A stretch of 64,000 nt of DNA. Origin: Epithemia pelagica (lineage: Eukaryota > Protista > Bacillariophyta). Location: assembly GCA_946965045.2 (NCBI GenBank), contig OX337238.1:3100001-3164000 (forward strand). Reading direction: 5' to 3'. Under the pieces are notes generated by a model that did no database searches, was not told the origin of the DNA, and saw nothing but the letters and a program-made list of their open reading frames with translations. The stretch's first letter is position 1; every line of letters begins with the position of its first letter. Below are positions 11,601 through 19,925 of this stretch, piece by piece. The position numbers and the translations under genes are program-made.

Positions 11601-12657
11601 GTTTTTCTTAAACACAGTACTCACCAACGACGACTCCTTCCCCCAATTCCCTCCAGGTTTTAGCCCCTTTCTTCTCCGCGGTCCCCTTGCCGGTCAATTG
11701 CTTTGGGCAGCTCATCAGTTTGATCAAGCTCAAACTCGAGATGCATGGTCGACATTGGCTTCCTCACAACCCAGTCACACGCTACAACTGTCTCAGGCCC
11801 TTCTCCATCACACCTGTGACCTGTTTCAACAATTCCTCCGCTGGGGCGCCCAGAATCGTACCAAAATAGCTTGCCCCGCCACCGCAGACCCTGAAGGCTT
11901 TGTTCCCCAGTGCACTCTCATCTACGATGTGAGCCCGCACTCAACCGACTCAAATCTCACCTACTGTTTGGATTGGAGATCCACCTTTACCCTTTTATTT
12001 ACGGCTCCTACAATACTCTCCCACCAACACACCAACTCCATGTCACCCTTGTTTTGCCGCTCCACCCCCAACTATCTCCTACCATCTCGTCCTGATCACC
12101 GGAGTGACTCTCGTTCTCCTCTTGAACGCTACGATCGTGCCCAACGGCGTCGCTCCCCCTCGGACCGTCCTCCTGACCGTGCTGCCGACCAACCACCGCC
12201 CAAGCGTGCTCGTTCTGACTCCGCTCAACCCCAACGTCGCCCTGGCCAAAAAGCTCTCGTCCCGCTTGTCACCCTCACTGCGGCAGGGAAAGAACGTTAT
12301 ACCCACTCAGGTAAGCTCCTTGCCGACCTCGCGTCTTCCCTCACCATTCCCCGTTTCGACCAAAAGCAATATTGCTTTATGTACATCGACAAAAACTCTG
12401 TTGTCGGGTGCACCGGTCCCCATCGTTCACGCACAAACTCGGAAGGTCAACCGTTGCAATGCAATCGACACCACGTCTGCCTTTCTCCCCAGGCTATCTC
12501 CAACTGGCCCCAATCCTCCCTTAAACCGCTCTGGGAGTTCTGTCACCATGATCGCGTTCGACACCTTCTCCAACCTACACCGGAATTTGCAGCCCACATG
12601 GCTTCAGACCGTCCGAACCGTCCAAACGCCTCCCAACAACCCCCGCCCTCATCGTGA
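8557..12657 (+). CDS. ORF1, gag-like protein (up to 1366 aa; true start may be a downstream ATG such as 8830)
   Basis: First ORF of the element, with a Pro/Gln-rich middle. C-terminal Cys/His cluster YCFMY...GC...QCNRHHVC (~12370-12480) resembles the zinc finger of YR-element gag proteins. Confidence 0.7.
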   Translation: MSRSLPTAAMELRVFGATQSLPSLLLVFFFLSSFFLVFAFASFVMSLSFAINPTLRGLISPDTTQSFLSFSPSGLFKPVASTTTYPNQFSGMSPLHPTDLQNSKDFIFLSPEEKSKEIQKEFLANLLSLNFGPNNSSPDATVVTSPAKYTLAADSPTIAGFLAVVQLDSAPTTDPSKLSSKIPPPSGPYLVVLGPTAFAFNGKGLQAHVFSDTPQKISSSQFRFPTTLIAPAFAFQSGIRPQSISQLNPYSWITSHPSSILASLRAHRALFSTVILEQSTSRLHSPDDPWHSLWIPSQDSPPHAHQIFSRLHRVDEPILTIQVENTSPIEGSWIALSALPLPRHHHLPIGLLFDPASIPDSASLINAILGWNQTYNPMPATRSSHLKDLATTLSWLDVPFVNDWLLTVSQRADDFATVWHTSKQIATDLTTLKNVPISTNLPRSYPARIHPYEALFVHPFFSLTTKLFSDALLQNNPSHTMRTKFFTFFREKANMLSSQDVDLFLPQNIPHVDNTHTYVPFLFRPQTQSWSTSYGFKSFSSFDVQKYLPDFLNHLPNDHLAQRVISTPHDRSPSSSLNPPQPNTVTRLNVDSPDKPSQKNPPSSPQTPEVRPFPLEPPAESLPRRPTAFHPPTARIPSPAALDPSPRFPAPVPVSRVPLQPQQMEPQQRAPPTPQQLEPQQPPPQPHQNRLLVGPDPPPFPTQHPIQQLPPRPPSRQEHFLPPLPPPRLQRSPSTSTANAYSNASPHAPHNPPRRPTHYHPASPAMESYHSQSFNPLAHQRQAWDAPLVSTTTSPWYLPVDNPTWFTSTRLKYVHSTLASSAYLPLIRRTMEERGQFTFDRFIFQDTDQLPPHVVQWAFLGIVALPTDLRLVDPNLPTTTRRPSYSHELLHTPSHLNNDWLRQVLPYAGADHRSSAAEVAAIDLLAAAIEASQYPVAPFRVDFSQSFLHAEAPRKALRTFRINAGQTLHLDDPKSLYLSLTPWHFLWSIPLSPEGRLPQQGLSCTQFKLFFHHIVFFLNTVLTNDDSFPQFPPGFSPFLLRGPLAGQLLWAAHQFDQAQTRDAWSTLASSQPSHTLQLSQALLHHTCDLFQQFLRWGAQNRTKIACPATADPEGFVPQCTLIYDVSPHSTDSNLTYCLDWRSTFTLLFTAPTILSHQHTNSMSPLFCRSTPNYLLPSRPDHRSDSRSPLERYDRAQRRRSPSDRPPDRAADQPPPKRARSDSAQPQRRPGQKALVPLVTLTAAGKERYTHSGKLLADLASSLTIPRFDQKQYCFMYIDKNSVVGCTGPHRSRTNSEGQPLQCNRHHVCLSPQAISNWPQSSLKPLWEFCHHDRVRHLLQPTPEFAAHMASDRPNRPNASQQPPPSS

Positions 12658-12714
12658 CTACCGGCACATCATCGCCCAGGTTCAACTTGCGCCCGTTCGC
12701 CGTGGTCTGATGAA

Positions 12715-15567
12715 ATGCCTCCCACTTCACCAGAGACATTTTATCCCACCTCTACGGCAGATCTTCTCCTCTCCCTTCCCGCTCCCACTACTGAGGCTGT
12801 CCCTACTGTCCCCAAACTACCCGTATTTCCTTCTCACCCACGTGCTGCCCCCTCTCGGGTCTCCTATGCGTTGCCAACGTTGCACACGGTGTTAACCACC
12901 GTCAACCCCTTTTTGACCGACGCCGATCGCTCCCAACTCCTCCTTGCCTCTTCCTCCTTGGTGCCCAACTGGGGAATTCTTCCCCTGTTCCCTCTCTGGT
13001 CGTTCACACACCATCGCAAACGAATTGGTTTCGGTCCCGACCGTCTCAACGTCGGCACATCCCATGCTGCTCCTGACGGCACTCCCCTTGCGGCAACCGC
13101 ACCACATGTTGTTTCCCCTGAATTGCTCGGCCACTACGCATGGGATTTTTTGTCCCCACAGGACCAACAAAACCTAGTCGCCTCCTCGCCAAGCTTCCAC
13201 TTCTATCATCGTCTCCGCGTTGCCGCTGCTCATGGCACCTCTCTCGCTGTCTGTCGCATGCCCCCCTGCGAAGACAAATCCCAACCCCTTCCATTCCGTA
13301 AGGCTTTTCTCCTTGCCGTTGCCCTTTGTCGCGCAAACTTCGTCTATGCGGACATGTACCGCTGGCTTGGTGGAATCTACAATAATCATCACAGACGCCT
13401 GGCAGACACCTTCGACATCATCGACCGCGTCAAAGCTTTTGAGCCCCCACCGGACTATCCACGGTTGGACTATGCCCGCACTTGGCAACTTTTTCACCTG
13501 GGCGCCCCTCTCGCAGGCCACTATTCCTGTAGTCGTGTTGCCGTTTCCCACCGCAACCTCCTTGACAACTACCCCGGGGTCCAAGAAAACTTAGAGGAAA
13601 TCACCAAAAAGTTCAAGAAAGAGGAACAGCTACAGTATCATCCTTTCCTTCCCCGCATTATCTGGCGGTTCCTCCCCGGTCTTTTCCTTTCACTCATTAA
13701 CTGGGTAGCGCCCAAACCCCACCGCATCGGCGACACCGGCCGCTTGTGCATCGATCCAAGCTCCAAAATCACAGCCACTGATGACGGCAACACCAATGCC
13801 CAAATTCCTGATGCTGGACGTGACGATGACTGTAACCCCGCGGTGGCTTACGGCACGGCTTTCCTACGCTTTTTGCGGTACATCTACAATCTGCGTATTG
13901 ACCACCCCTCGGAAGACATACTGCTCAGCGCCGATGATATCAGTGCTGCCTTCCGTCGGGTCACATACAACCCCAACGCTGCCTTAGCATTTGCAAGCGT
14001 CCTCGGCTGGTTCCTCATCATACCCGTTGGAATGATTTTTGGCGCCAAAAACAGTCCTTCCTACTACATGCTACCGGGGGAGCTACGAGCCCATCTCTCT
14101 CGTTACCTTGCTGAGCTCACTTCCGCTCGTACTCTTTTGGCGGACACCATTGCTATCCCACCTCCTCCGTCCCCCCGCACCCTCAGAACCTTAACGCCCG
14201 CCACTCCAGACGCTCTAAATCAAGGCACCTCCCACTTGTTAGCATCCCAACCGTCCTCCTTCCCTCGTCCGGTGTATGCTCCGTTCGTTGACGACACCGG
14301 TGGAGCGGCCATCCGCTCGGAGATCCACCGGTTAGTCAATAGCAGTATTCTCGCCGCATACGTCACCTTCGGCTTCCCCGACGAAGACCCCCATCGACCC
14401 GATCCTATTAATCCAATAAAATTTGTGCGTGACATCAGTCACAGCCTGAAATTCCTGGGGTATATCATCAACACTCGAACTATGACAATTTCCTGGCCGT
14501 CCCATAAACAGACACAACTACAGGTCTATCTTCAACACGCCCTCGACCTTCCCACCACGCACTCCGACGGGCGTCGGCTTTCACCGCAAATGGCGGCCAC
14601 AATTCTGGGCCTCGTCCGTCACAGCGCCCCAGTCTCACTCTTGGGCATCTATTACACGTTGTCCCTCCAGTATGCACTCAACGACCGCCTCCGTGCCACC
14701 GCAGCAGCAGGCAAATCCACCCGTGCCGCCTCCTTTTGGCACAAAACCCGGTTCACCCTCAACCGAGAAACCGTTATGGACCTCCGAACGCTCTTGGCCA
14801 CCCTCCATTCTTCTCGGACCCACATTTGGACCCGTCCCATTGCTTTATGCATCCCGCGTGTTTCGCAATTTGAAATTTTGGGCGACGCTTCCATTGAAGG
14901 GCTGGGAGGCTGGTTATCCACCCACTACCCCTTCATGTGGAGACTCACCAAACCCGACTTACTTCGCCTGGGCTTCATCCTACCAAAAGATATGCAGTCC
15001 ACCAAATTATCCGATCCAACTCAAGACACGCCCGATGCACTGTGGCACATCAACTTGCTTGAATTCGTCGTCCTTCTCATAAACTTCTGGTTCTTGCAGC
15101 GACTGGCTTCTCACGCTACACCGCAACCCCAAACCCTTGTCATCTCCATGCGCACCGACAACACGTCGGCGCTCTCGTGGCTCTCCCATGCCGCCCGTGC
15201 CAAGCGGCCCGCAACTCGTCGTCTTGCTCGTCTTTTTCAAGCCATGCTCACTTCTGCCCCTATTCCCGTTCAATTACAGGCCTCGCATATTGCAGGCGAG
15301 CTCAATCACAATGCCGACCTGTTGTCCCGCCCGTCCCTTGCGCCCACTTGGGCCTCCGTTATCGAGCAGTCCAAGCCAGTGCTGGACCCATCCACCGCCT
15401 ACCGCGTGCCCTCCAAGTTGCTATCAATGATATTAACAAGCTTCAAATTCACCAGGACCGAGGACGAACTAGGAACAAGAATGATCGAACTTTGGACTCT
15501 CGAGGCGCTCACTTTTCCCGATGGTCCGCTCGCAATCACCTCACCCCCGAACTTTTATCTCGCCTGA
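12715..15567 (+). CDS. ORF2, reverse transcriptase + RNase H, 950 aa
   Basis: RT motifs RLCID, SADDISAAF, GMIFGAKNSP, FVDD. RNase H motifs GDAS..GLGG, HINLLE, TDNTSA, HIAGELN..ADLLSR. Confidence 0.92.
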   Translation: MPPTSPETFYPTSTADLLLSLPAPTTEAVPTVPKLPVFPSHPRAAPSRVSYALPTLHTVLTTVNPFLTDADRSQLLLASSSLVPNWGILPLFPLWSFTHHRKRIGFGPDRLNVGTSHAAPDGTPLAATAPHVVSPELLGHYAWDFLSPQDQQNLVASSPSFHFYHRLRVAAAHGTSLAVCRMPPCEDKSQPLPFRKAFLLAVALCRANFVYADMYRWLGGIYNNHHRRLADTFDIIDRVKAFEPPPDYPRLDYARTWQLFHLGAPLAGHYSCSRVAVSHRNLLDNYPGVQENLEEITKKFKKEEQLQYHPFLPRIIWRFLPGLFLSLINWVAPKPHRIGDTGRLCIDPSSKITATDDGNTNAQIPDAGRDDDCNPAVAYGTAFLRFLRYIYNLRIDHPSEDILLSADDISAAFRRVTYNPNAALAFASVLGWFLIIPVGMIFGAKNSPSYYMLPGELRAHLSRYLAELTSARTLLADTIAIPPPPSPRTLRTLTPATPDALNQGTSHLLASQPSSFPRPVYAPFVDDTGGAAIRSEIHRLVNSSILAAYVTFGFPDEDPHRPDPINPIKFVRDISHSLKFLGYIINTRTMTISWPSHKQTQLQVYLQHALDLPTTHSDGRRLSPQMAATILGLVRHSAPVSLLGIYYTLSLQYALNDRLRATAAAGKSTRAASFWHKTRFTLNRETVMDLRTLLATLHSSRTHIWTRPIALCIPRVSQFEILGDASIEGLGGWLSTHYPFMWRLTKPDLLRLGFILPKDMQSTKLSDPTQDTPDALWHINLLEFVVLLINFWFLQRLASHATPQPQTLVISMRTDNTSALSWLSHAARAKRPATRRLARLFQAMLTSAPIPVQLQASHIAGELNHNADLLSRPSLAPTWASVIEQSKPVLDPSTAYRVPSKLLSMILTSFKFTRTEDELGTRMIELWTLEALTFPDGPLAITSPPNFYLA

Positions 15568-16589
15568 CCGATAACGAATGCATACACATCCTACACCTTT
15601 ACCTACATCACGTCACAAACGGCGAAAACTACTACAGGAGGTCCGACCTAGCAGCAGATACCATTCAATCTTATGTAACGGCTGCCCATTCCGCACTTCA
15701 GGTTGCCCTCAACCGCCCTGTTAACATCTCCAACCCAACCAACTCAACCCTGCTGCACCCACTGCTATCCGACCCATTACAATTTCATCGTCGCTGGCAA
15801 CGTCCACGCGATCGTAAGGAACCCATCACCGATGCCATCCTTAGCGTGCTCTATTGCCGTGCAGTCGGGGCCCCTCCTTCGTCACTTGACGCAACTCTCT
15901 TCGACTGGGTCCGGCTTGGCCTCTTTACTGGCTCCCGTGCCAGTGAATTTGCCCAAACCTCTGGCTCAAAGTTTGTCTTCGCGGCCGTTCCCAATTGTCC
16001 TAATGATCCATCCTGGAACGATCGACCTATTGCCTTTGTCTCCAGCGACTTCGTCTTCTTAACTCAAGCGAACGACATGCTTCCACTTGCTTCCCTCCCC
16101 AAACACGAACACACCGTCTCGGCAGTCCAGATCCGCTTTCGGCATGACAAAAGCGCTCATAATTTCACGAAACGCATCTTCCGTCGTTCCGGCCACTCTT
16201 ATCTCTGTCCCGTGCTCGCATCCTGTTCAATTGCCCGCCGCTCCCTCTCCCTCCAAATCGGCGCCCACCTGCCCCTCGCCTCCTATCAGGTCAAACCGGG
16301 AAAAATAGCCTACCTTAGGTCGGCCGATATCATCACAGCCCTCCGTCAAGCTTGCCTGGAGGCGTACCCAAACCCTCACAACTACCACCGGCGTCACGCC
16401 CACTTGCTCGTCGCCCATTCTACACGCGTCACAGCCGCTGTAGCGTTGTGGAACGTTCAAATTCCCCTCCCCCAAATTGCCTTCCGACTCCGATGGCAAG
16501 AAGACTCGATCAAACACTACCTCCGTGACTGCTCGAAAGCAATTGGTCCTCATAGTCAAGCGGCCATTGCAGGCGTCCTAAATATTTAA
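15063..16589 (+). CDS. ORF3, tyrosine recombinase (open frame overlaps ORF2; no upstream AUG)
   Basis: Catalytic residues in order: GLFTGSRASE (R), FRHDK (K), HSTR (HxxR), RW (W), HY (Y). Confidence 0.9.
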   Translation: MRRPSHKLLVLAATGFSRYTATPNPCHLHAHRQHVGALVALPCRPCQAARNSSSCSSFSSHAHFCPYSRSITGLAYCRRAQSQCRPVVPPVPCAHLGLRYRAVQASAGPIHRLPRALQVAINDINKLQIHQDRGRTRNKNDRTLDSRGAHFSRWSARNHLTPELLSRLTDNECIHILHLYLHHVTNGENYYRRSDLAADTIQSYVTAAHSALQVALNRPVNISNPTNSTLLHPLLSDPLQFHRRWQRPRDRKEPITDAILSVLYCRAVGAPPSSLDATLFDWVRLGLFTGSRASEFAQTSGSKFVFAAVPNCPNDPSWNDRPIAFVSSDFVFLTQANDMLPLASLPKHEHTVSAVQIRFRHDKSAHNFTKRIFRRSGHSYLCPVLASCSIARRSLSLQIGAHLPLASYQVKPGKIAYLRSADIITALRQACLEAYPNPHNYHRRHAHLLVAHSTRVTAAVALWNVQIPLPQIAFRLRWQEDSIKHYLRDCSKAIGPHSQAAIAGVLNI

Positions 16590-16657
16590 CTACCACTATT
16601 CACATCTAATGTATCTCACTATTCTGTTATGGTATCACTATTTCGTCCGCTCCAACC

Positions 16658-17248
16658 TTAAATCCTCGCTATGTTCTTGTCCGCTCGAGAATAACGCACG
16701 CCATTGTCGGTCTCCACGTGGATACGTGCGTCTGTTACCTTCACCACCCGCCCAGTTGGGTCAGCGGGATCGTTTGGGTTTCGAATCCGAACCCGCTCAC
16801 CAACTTTGAAACGCTCCTCCGATCCACGGCTCGCCCGCCGACCCATAAATCCACCTTGTGTTCGTGGACTCGTACGTCCACGGGGACTCGGTCCACCCAC
16901 CCCTTTGCTTGCCACTCGCCAGACCCATCTTCCTCCACGGGCCGTCGACCCTTCCTCTCGGCCCCGTGGTGTGCCCTCTCGCATTCCTTCTCTGCCCGTA
17001 GGACCCACTCCATCGGGCTCCCACTCCCCCCCTCCTCCTCTGTTGGCCACAGCTGCGTTCGCTGCCGCCACCACATGAATCGCCTGCTCCACTCTCCTCT
17101 CCGCCAATTCCTTCAATTCGAGCAATCGACTAGAGATCTCCACTTGCCTCTCCGCCATCCGTCCCAACTCTCTCATAATCTCGGCCATTTGAGCCTGCCT
17201 ATCCGCCATCTGATCCAGCTCGTCAATCAACTCGGCCATCTCCTCCAT
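16658..17248 (-). CDS. Antisense cargo ORF-B: coiled coil, Arg/Gly-rich linker, C-terminal KOW/SH3-like domain (~196 aa)
   Basis: Heptad-rich N-terminus. C-terminal FKVGERVRIRNP...TGRVVKVT..RIHVETDNG pattern. ATG 2 nt after the ORF-A stop. Confidence 0.65.
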   Translation of the reverse strand: MEEMAELIDELDQMADRQAQMAEIMRELGRMAERQVEISSRLLELKELAERRVEQAIHVVAAANAAVANRGGGGEWEPDGVGPTGREGMREGTPRGREEGSTARGGRWVWRVASKGVGGPSPRGRTSPRTQGGFMGRRASRGSEERFKVGERVRIRNPNDPADPTGRVVKVTDARIHVETDNGVRYSRADKNIARI

Positions 17249-17250
17249 CT

Positions 17251-18255
17251 TCACTCACTGTCTGATTCCGACTTCGACGCGCGTCCCGAAGAATCGCCAG
17301 ACAGGATAACCACTTCCGGTAAATGTTTCTTCCACGTCAACCGCTCGTCCTCTGTTGCCGTGTTCTCCCTCGTCGCCGTATTCTCCCTCGTCGGAGTTTC
17401 CTTAATCGATTTCTCCCTTGTGGGAGTTTCCTTGATCGACCCCAGGCCTTTCTCCTTGGGCGAAACACTCGCGCTCCTCTTCACAGGGGCAATGCTCTTG
17501 CGCTGCTTTTTGGGTAGGGTACTGAAACCCGGTTGGCCCAACCACTCTTCCAACGAACGCTTCTCGCGCTTCGAAAACGCTTCACCAGTTCCTCTCCCTT
17601 CGGACCTCTTTTTACCCGCCTCGGGTTTCTTATCCTTTCGGTCGGATGCTGCAGCAGCCGTCGCGGCTCTCCCTCCGGGAACTGGCACAGGCAATCCACG
17701 GCGGGCAGAGTTCTGCGCGAACAACTCACGAACAACGGCCACTTTTCGTTCCACAACCTCCTCTGCAGAAGGCCTCTCCCGTCCGCCAGCCAAGGCCAAT
17801 CCACAAATCTGGTGGAAAACGACTTCTTGGTCTTCCGGGTGCGGAAACAACAGCTCTAGAGCCACCACGACCTTCTTGTTGCTTGGAGATGCTCTTCGAA
17901 ACACCGTTTCCACGAAGTCTTCCCCGTCCCCTCCTTCCTCCGCAAAAGTCTCACACACACGGGTCACCAGTCGATCGATCTCCGCTTGATGGTCGCCCAC
18001 CAACTCGCGCACGTTTTTCTGCGTCTGAATCACCGACGCCTCTTTGGATGCAAGTATTCCGCCATGCACGTCTTCCAAATGTTGACGCTCCTGGGCGTGC
18101 AACACGCGAGTCTTATCCAGCTCTGTTTGCGCGATATCCACTCCTCCTAAAGCGCAGTGCAATTCTTTGCGTTGTGCCTCGACAACTGTTTTTAAACGAT
18201 CCAGTTGTTCAGCAGTTGTTTCGCTTTCTTCTGTTCTCCGAGCTGCAGAACTCAT
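17251..18255 (-). CDS. Antisense cargo ORF-A: 334-aa coiled-coil protein with NLS-like and SIM-like motifs
   Basis: ATG start, helical E/K/R-rich composition, PKKQRK, repeated KETPTRE, terminal EVVILSGDSS...SESDSE. Confidence 0.65.
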   Translation of the reverse strand: MSSAARRTEESETTAEQLDRLKTVVEAQRKELHCALGGVDIAQTELDKTRVLHAQERQHLEDVHGGILASKEASVIQTQKNVRELVGDHQAEIDRLVTRVCETFAEEGGDGEDFVETVFRRASPSNKKVVVALELLFPHPEDQEVVFHQICGLALAGGRERPSAEEVVERKVAVVRELFAQNSARRGLPVPVPGGRAATAAAASDRKDKKPEAGKKRSEGRGTGEAFSKREKRSLEEWLGQPGFSTLPKKQRKSIAPVKRSASVSPKEKGLGSIKETPTREKSIKETPTRENTATRENTATEDERLTWKKHLPEVVILSGDSSGRASKSESDSE

Positions 18256-18372
18256 CTCACCTCTTCCGCAACCGTATCTTTGTGCCCATGTCCTACGCCC
18301 TCCAATTGTCCTATCGGCTACTCCCTCACACTCCGCAGTCAGCTGTGGTGGCTAGTCAAGGCAAAGACATGT

Positions 18373-18546
18373 GGTGCAGACGCTAGAGGGTTAGATCCCG
18401 ATGATCTACTCCTCAGCGTTTCCGCTGTTGGCAGGCTCCCGATGACTCCTAGTCATCAGAAGCCACAACCAACCAGCGGAGTCTTTCCCTAAAGCTACCA
18501 AAGGACTGCAGCGTTAGCAAGCAATTCGCCGAGGGCAGGCGGATTG
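18373..18546 (+). repeat. Split direct repeat B1 (174 bp)
   Basis: Identical by eye to 18703-18876. Confidence 0.95.
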
Positions 18547-18686
18547 TGTGCGCCAGCGACAGGACACTCAGGTAGCTACACGTAGTCTAGCTAGATCACA
18601 CTAGCTATGTCTAGGAGTCTGCCAACAGCAGCCATGGAGCTCAGAGTTTTTGGAGCAACGCAATCTTTACCAAGTTTGCTGTTGGT
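18547..18686 (+). repeat. Split direct repeat A2
   Basis: Abuts B1 directly (GGATTG|TGTGCG); copy of 8497-8636. Confidence 0.95.
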
Positions 18687-18702
18687 CCCACCACTCCCTC
18701 CC

Positions 18703-18876
18703 GGTGCAGACGCTAGAGGGTTAGATCCCGATGATCTACTCCTCAGCGTTTCCGCTGTTGGCAGGCTCCCGATGACTCCTAGTCATCAGAAGCCACAACC
18801 AACCAGCGGAGTCTTTCCCTAAAGCTACCAAAGGACTGCAGCGTTAGCAAGCAATTCGCCGAGGGCAGGCGGATTG
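18703..18876 (+). repeat. Split direct repeat B2
   Basis: Copy of B1, separated from A2 by a 16-bp spacer CCCACCACTCCCTCCC. Confidence 0.95.
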
Positions 18877-19925
18877 GTATGACGAGCAGACGAAAGATAC
18901 CGGTGTTCTGGCTATCCGCATATGGACTTGGATTCGGAGTCGCTTTGGATTGGCTCTAACAGGCATTATCATACTGGTTTTCACAGTAATTTGCATGGTC
19001 ATGCATTTATTTGCGTGTGGATGCATCGTTTTCGCAACGCGCCGGAAGAAGACAAGCTACTCTGTGAAAAAGTTGTTGGCTGCAAACCATCTTACCGTTT
19101 CGTACGGAGCCGCTTAGGTAGCCCAATAGCTCGTACTAGCAACTCGTGCTTCTTGGTAGTATAGGAAAAAGTTCGCGAGACCGTTCCTAAAGACTCTTGT
19201 AGTGGTGTTGAACAAACATGAATTGCACAGTGGTGGTGAACAGTCGTCCGATAGTGTTATTCCCACTTGCACTGAATCATCAACCATCCATCGCTGGTTT
19301 GTTCCATGTCGCGATGCTACTGACCGAGTGGTCAGTGGCGAACAATATGAATCTTTGTTGTCATTGAAATCACGGCATTGTGTCTCTAGTGTCATCTATC
19401 ATCTATTCGACTGCTAATTCCTTGTTTTTTCCGAGGAGACTGCTGTTTCCTTGTTTTGTGATCGTCCATCATCTAAGTGTACCAATCATATTACAGCAAT
19501 TCACATCATTGGATTGCGATGGTTCCTTCGGCAGCAACTACATTCAGAATCCAGTGTTGTCACGGTGTTTCCGACATCAACTCATTGCAACCATTCACCC
19601 ATGCCTAAAATGACGAATCACCAGTGAAAAAGCTTCAATCGTTCTGGTATAATGAATAGAATTCTCCTTGTCAAGGTACTTTGTCGTGACGCAATGCATT
19701 CCGACGAGAATACATCTGACATGCCGTCGTCGTCATGGTCAAAAAAGTTTCTATGCGACAGAGAAAGATATGAAGCGTGTCGATGGACGGACGAAAGATC
19801 CAACAGGACTGTGCGCTTTCACGGGATTTATCTCCGATACCTGCGATCCCAACGCGAACAGAAAAAGATCCAAAACGCAGAGCGGAATCTTTTTTTCTGA
19901 TGCAACAATCCCATGTCCAGTGTAG

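Larger units (their letters stand above)
8497..18876 (+). mobile_element. Tyrosine-recombinase (DIRS-order) retrotransposon with split direct repeats, Ngaro/PAT-like
   Basis: A1 (140 bp)-gag-RT/RH-YR-B1-A2-B2 layout with identical repeats. RT, RNase H and YR catalytic motifs present. No TSD. Empty site seen at 25595/25596. Confidence 0.95.

Noticed and set aside
16718-18386. Long plus-strand ORFs (423 aa and 246 aa) over the cargo region
   Set aside because: S/P/L/F-rich shadows of the minus-strand ORFs with no motifs; the C-rich plus strand is stop-poor. Not formally excluded without expression data.
18607-18822. 71-aa ORF starting in A2 with the same N-terminus as ORF1
   Set aside because: A by-product of the ATG inside repeat A reading into B2.
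18373-18876. CRISPR-like or LTR interpretation of the repeats
   Set aside because: These are long A/B units with no unique spacers, no cas genes and no TG...CA ends; the layout fits split direct repeats.
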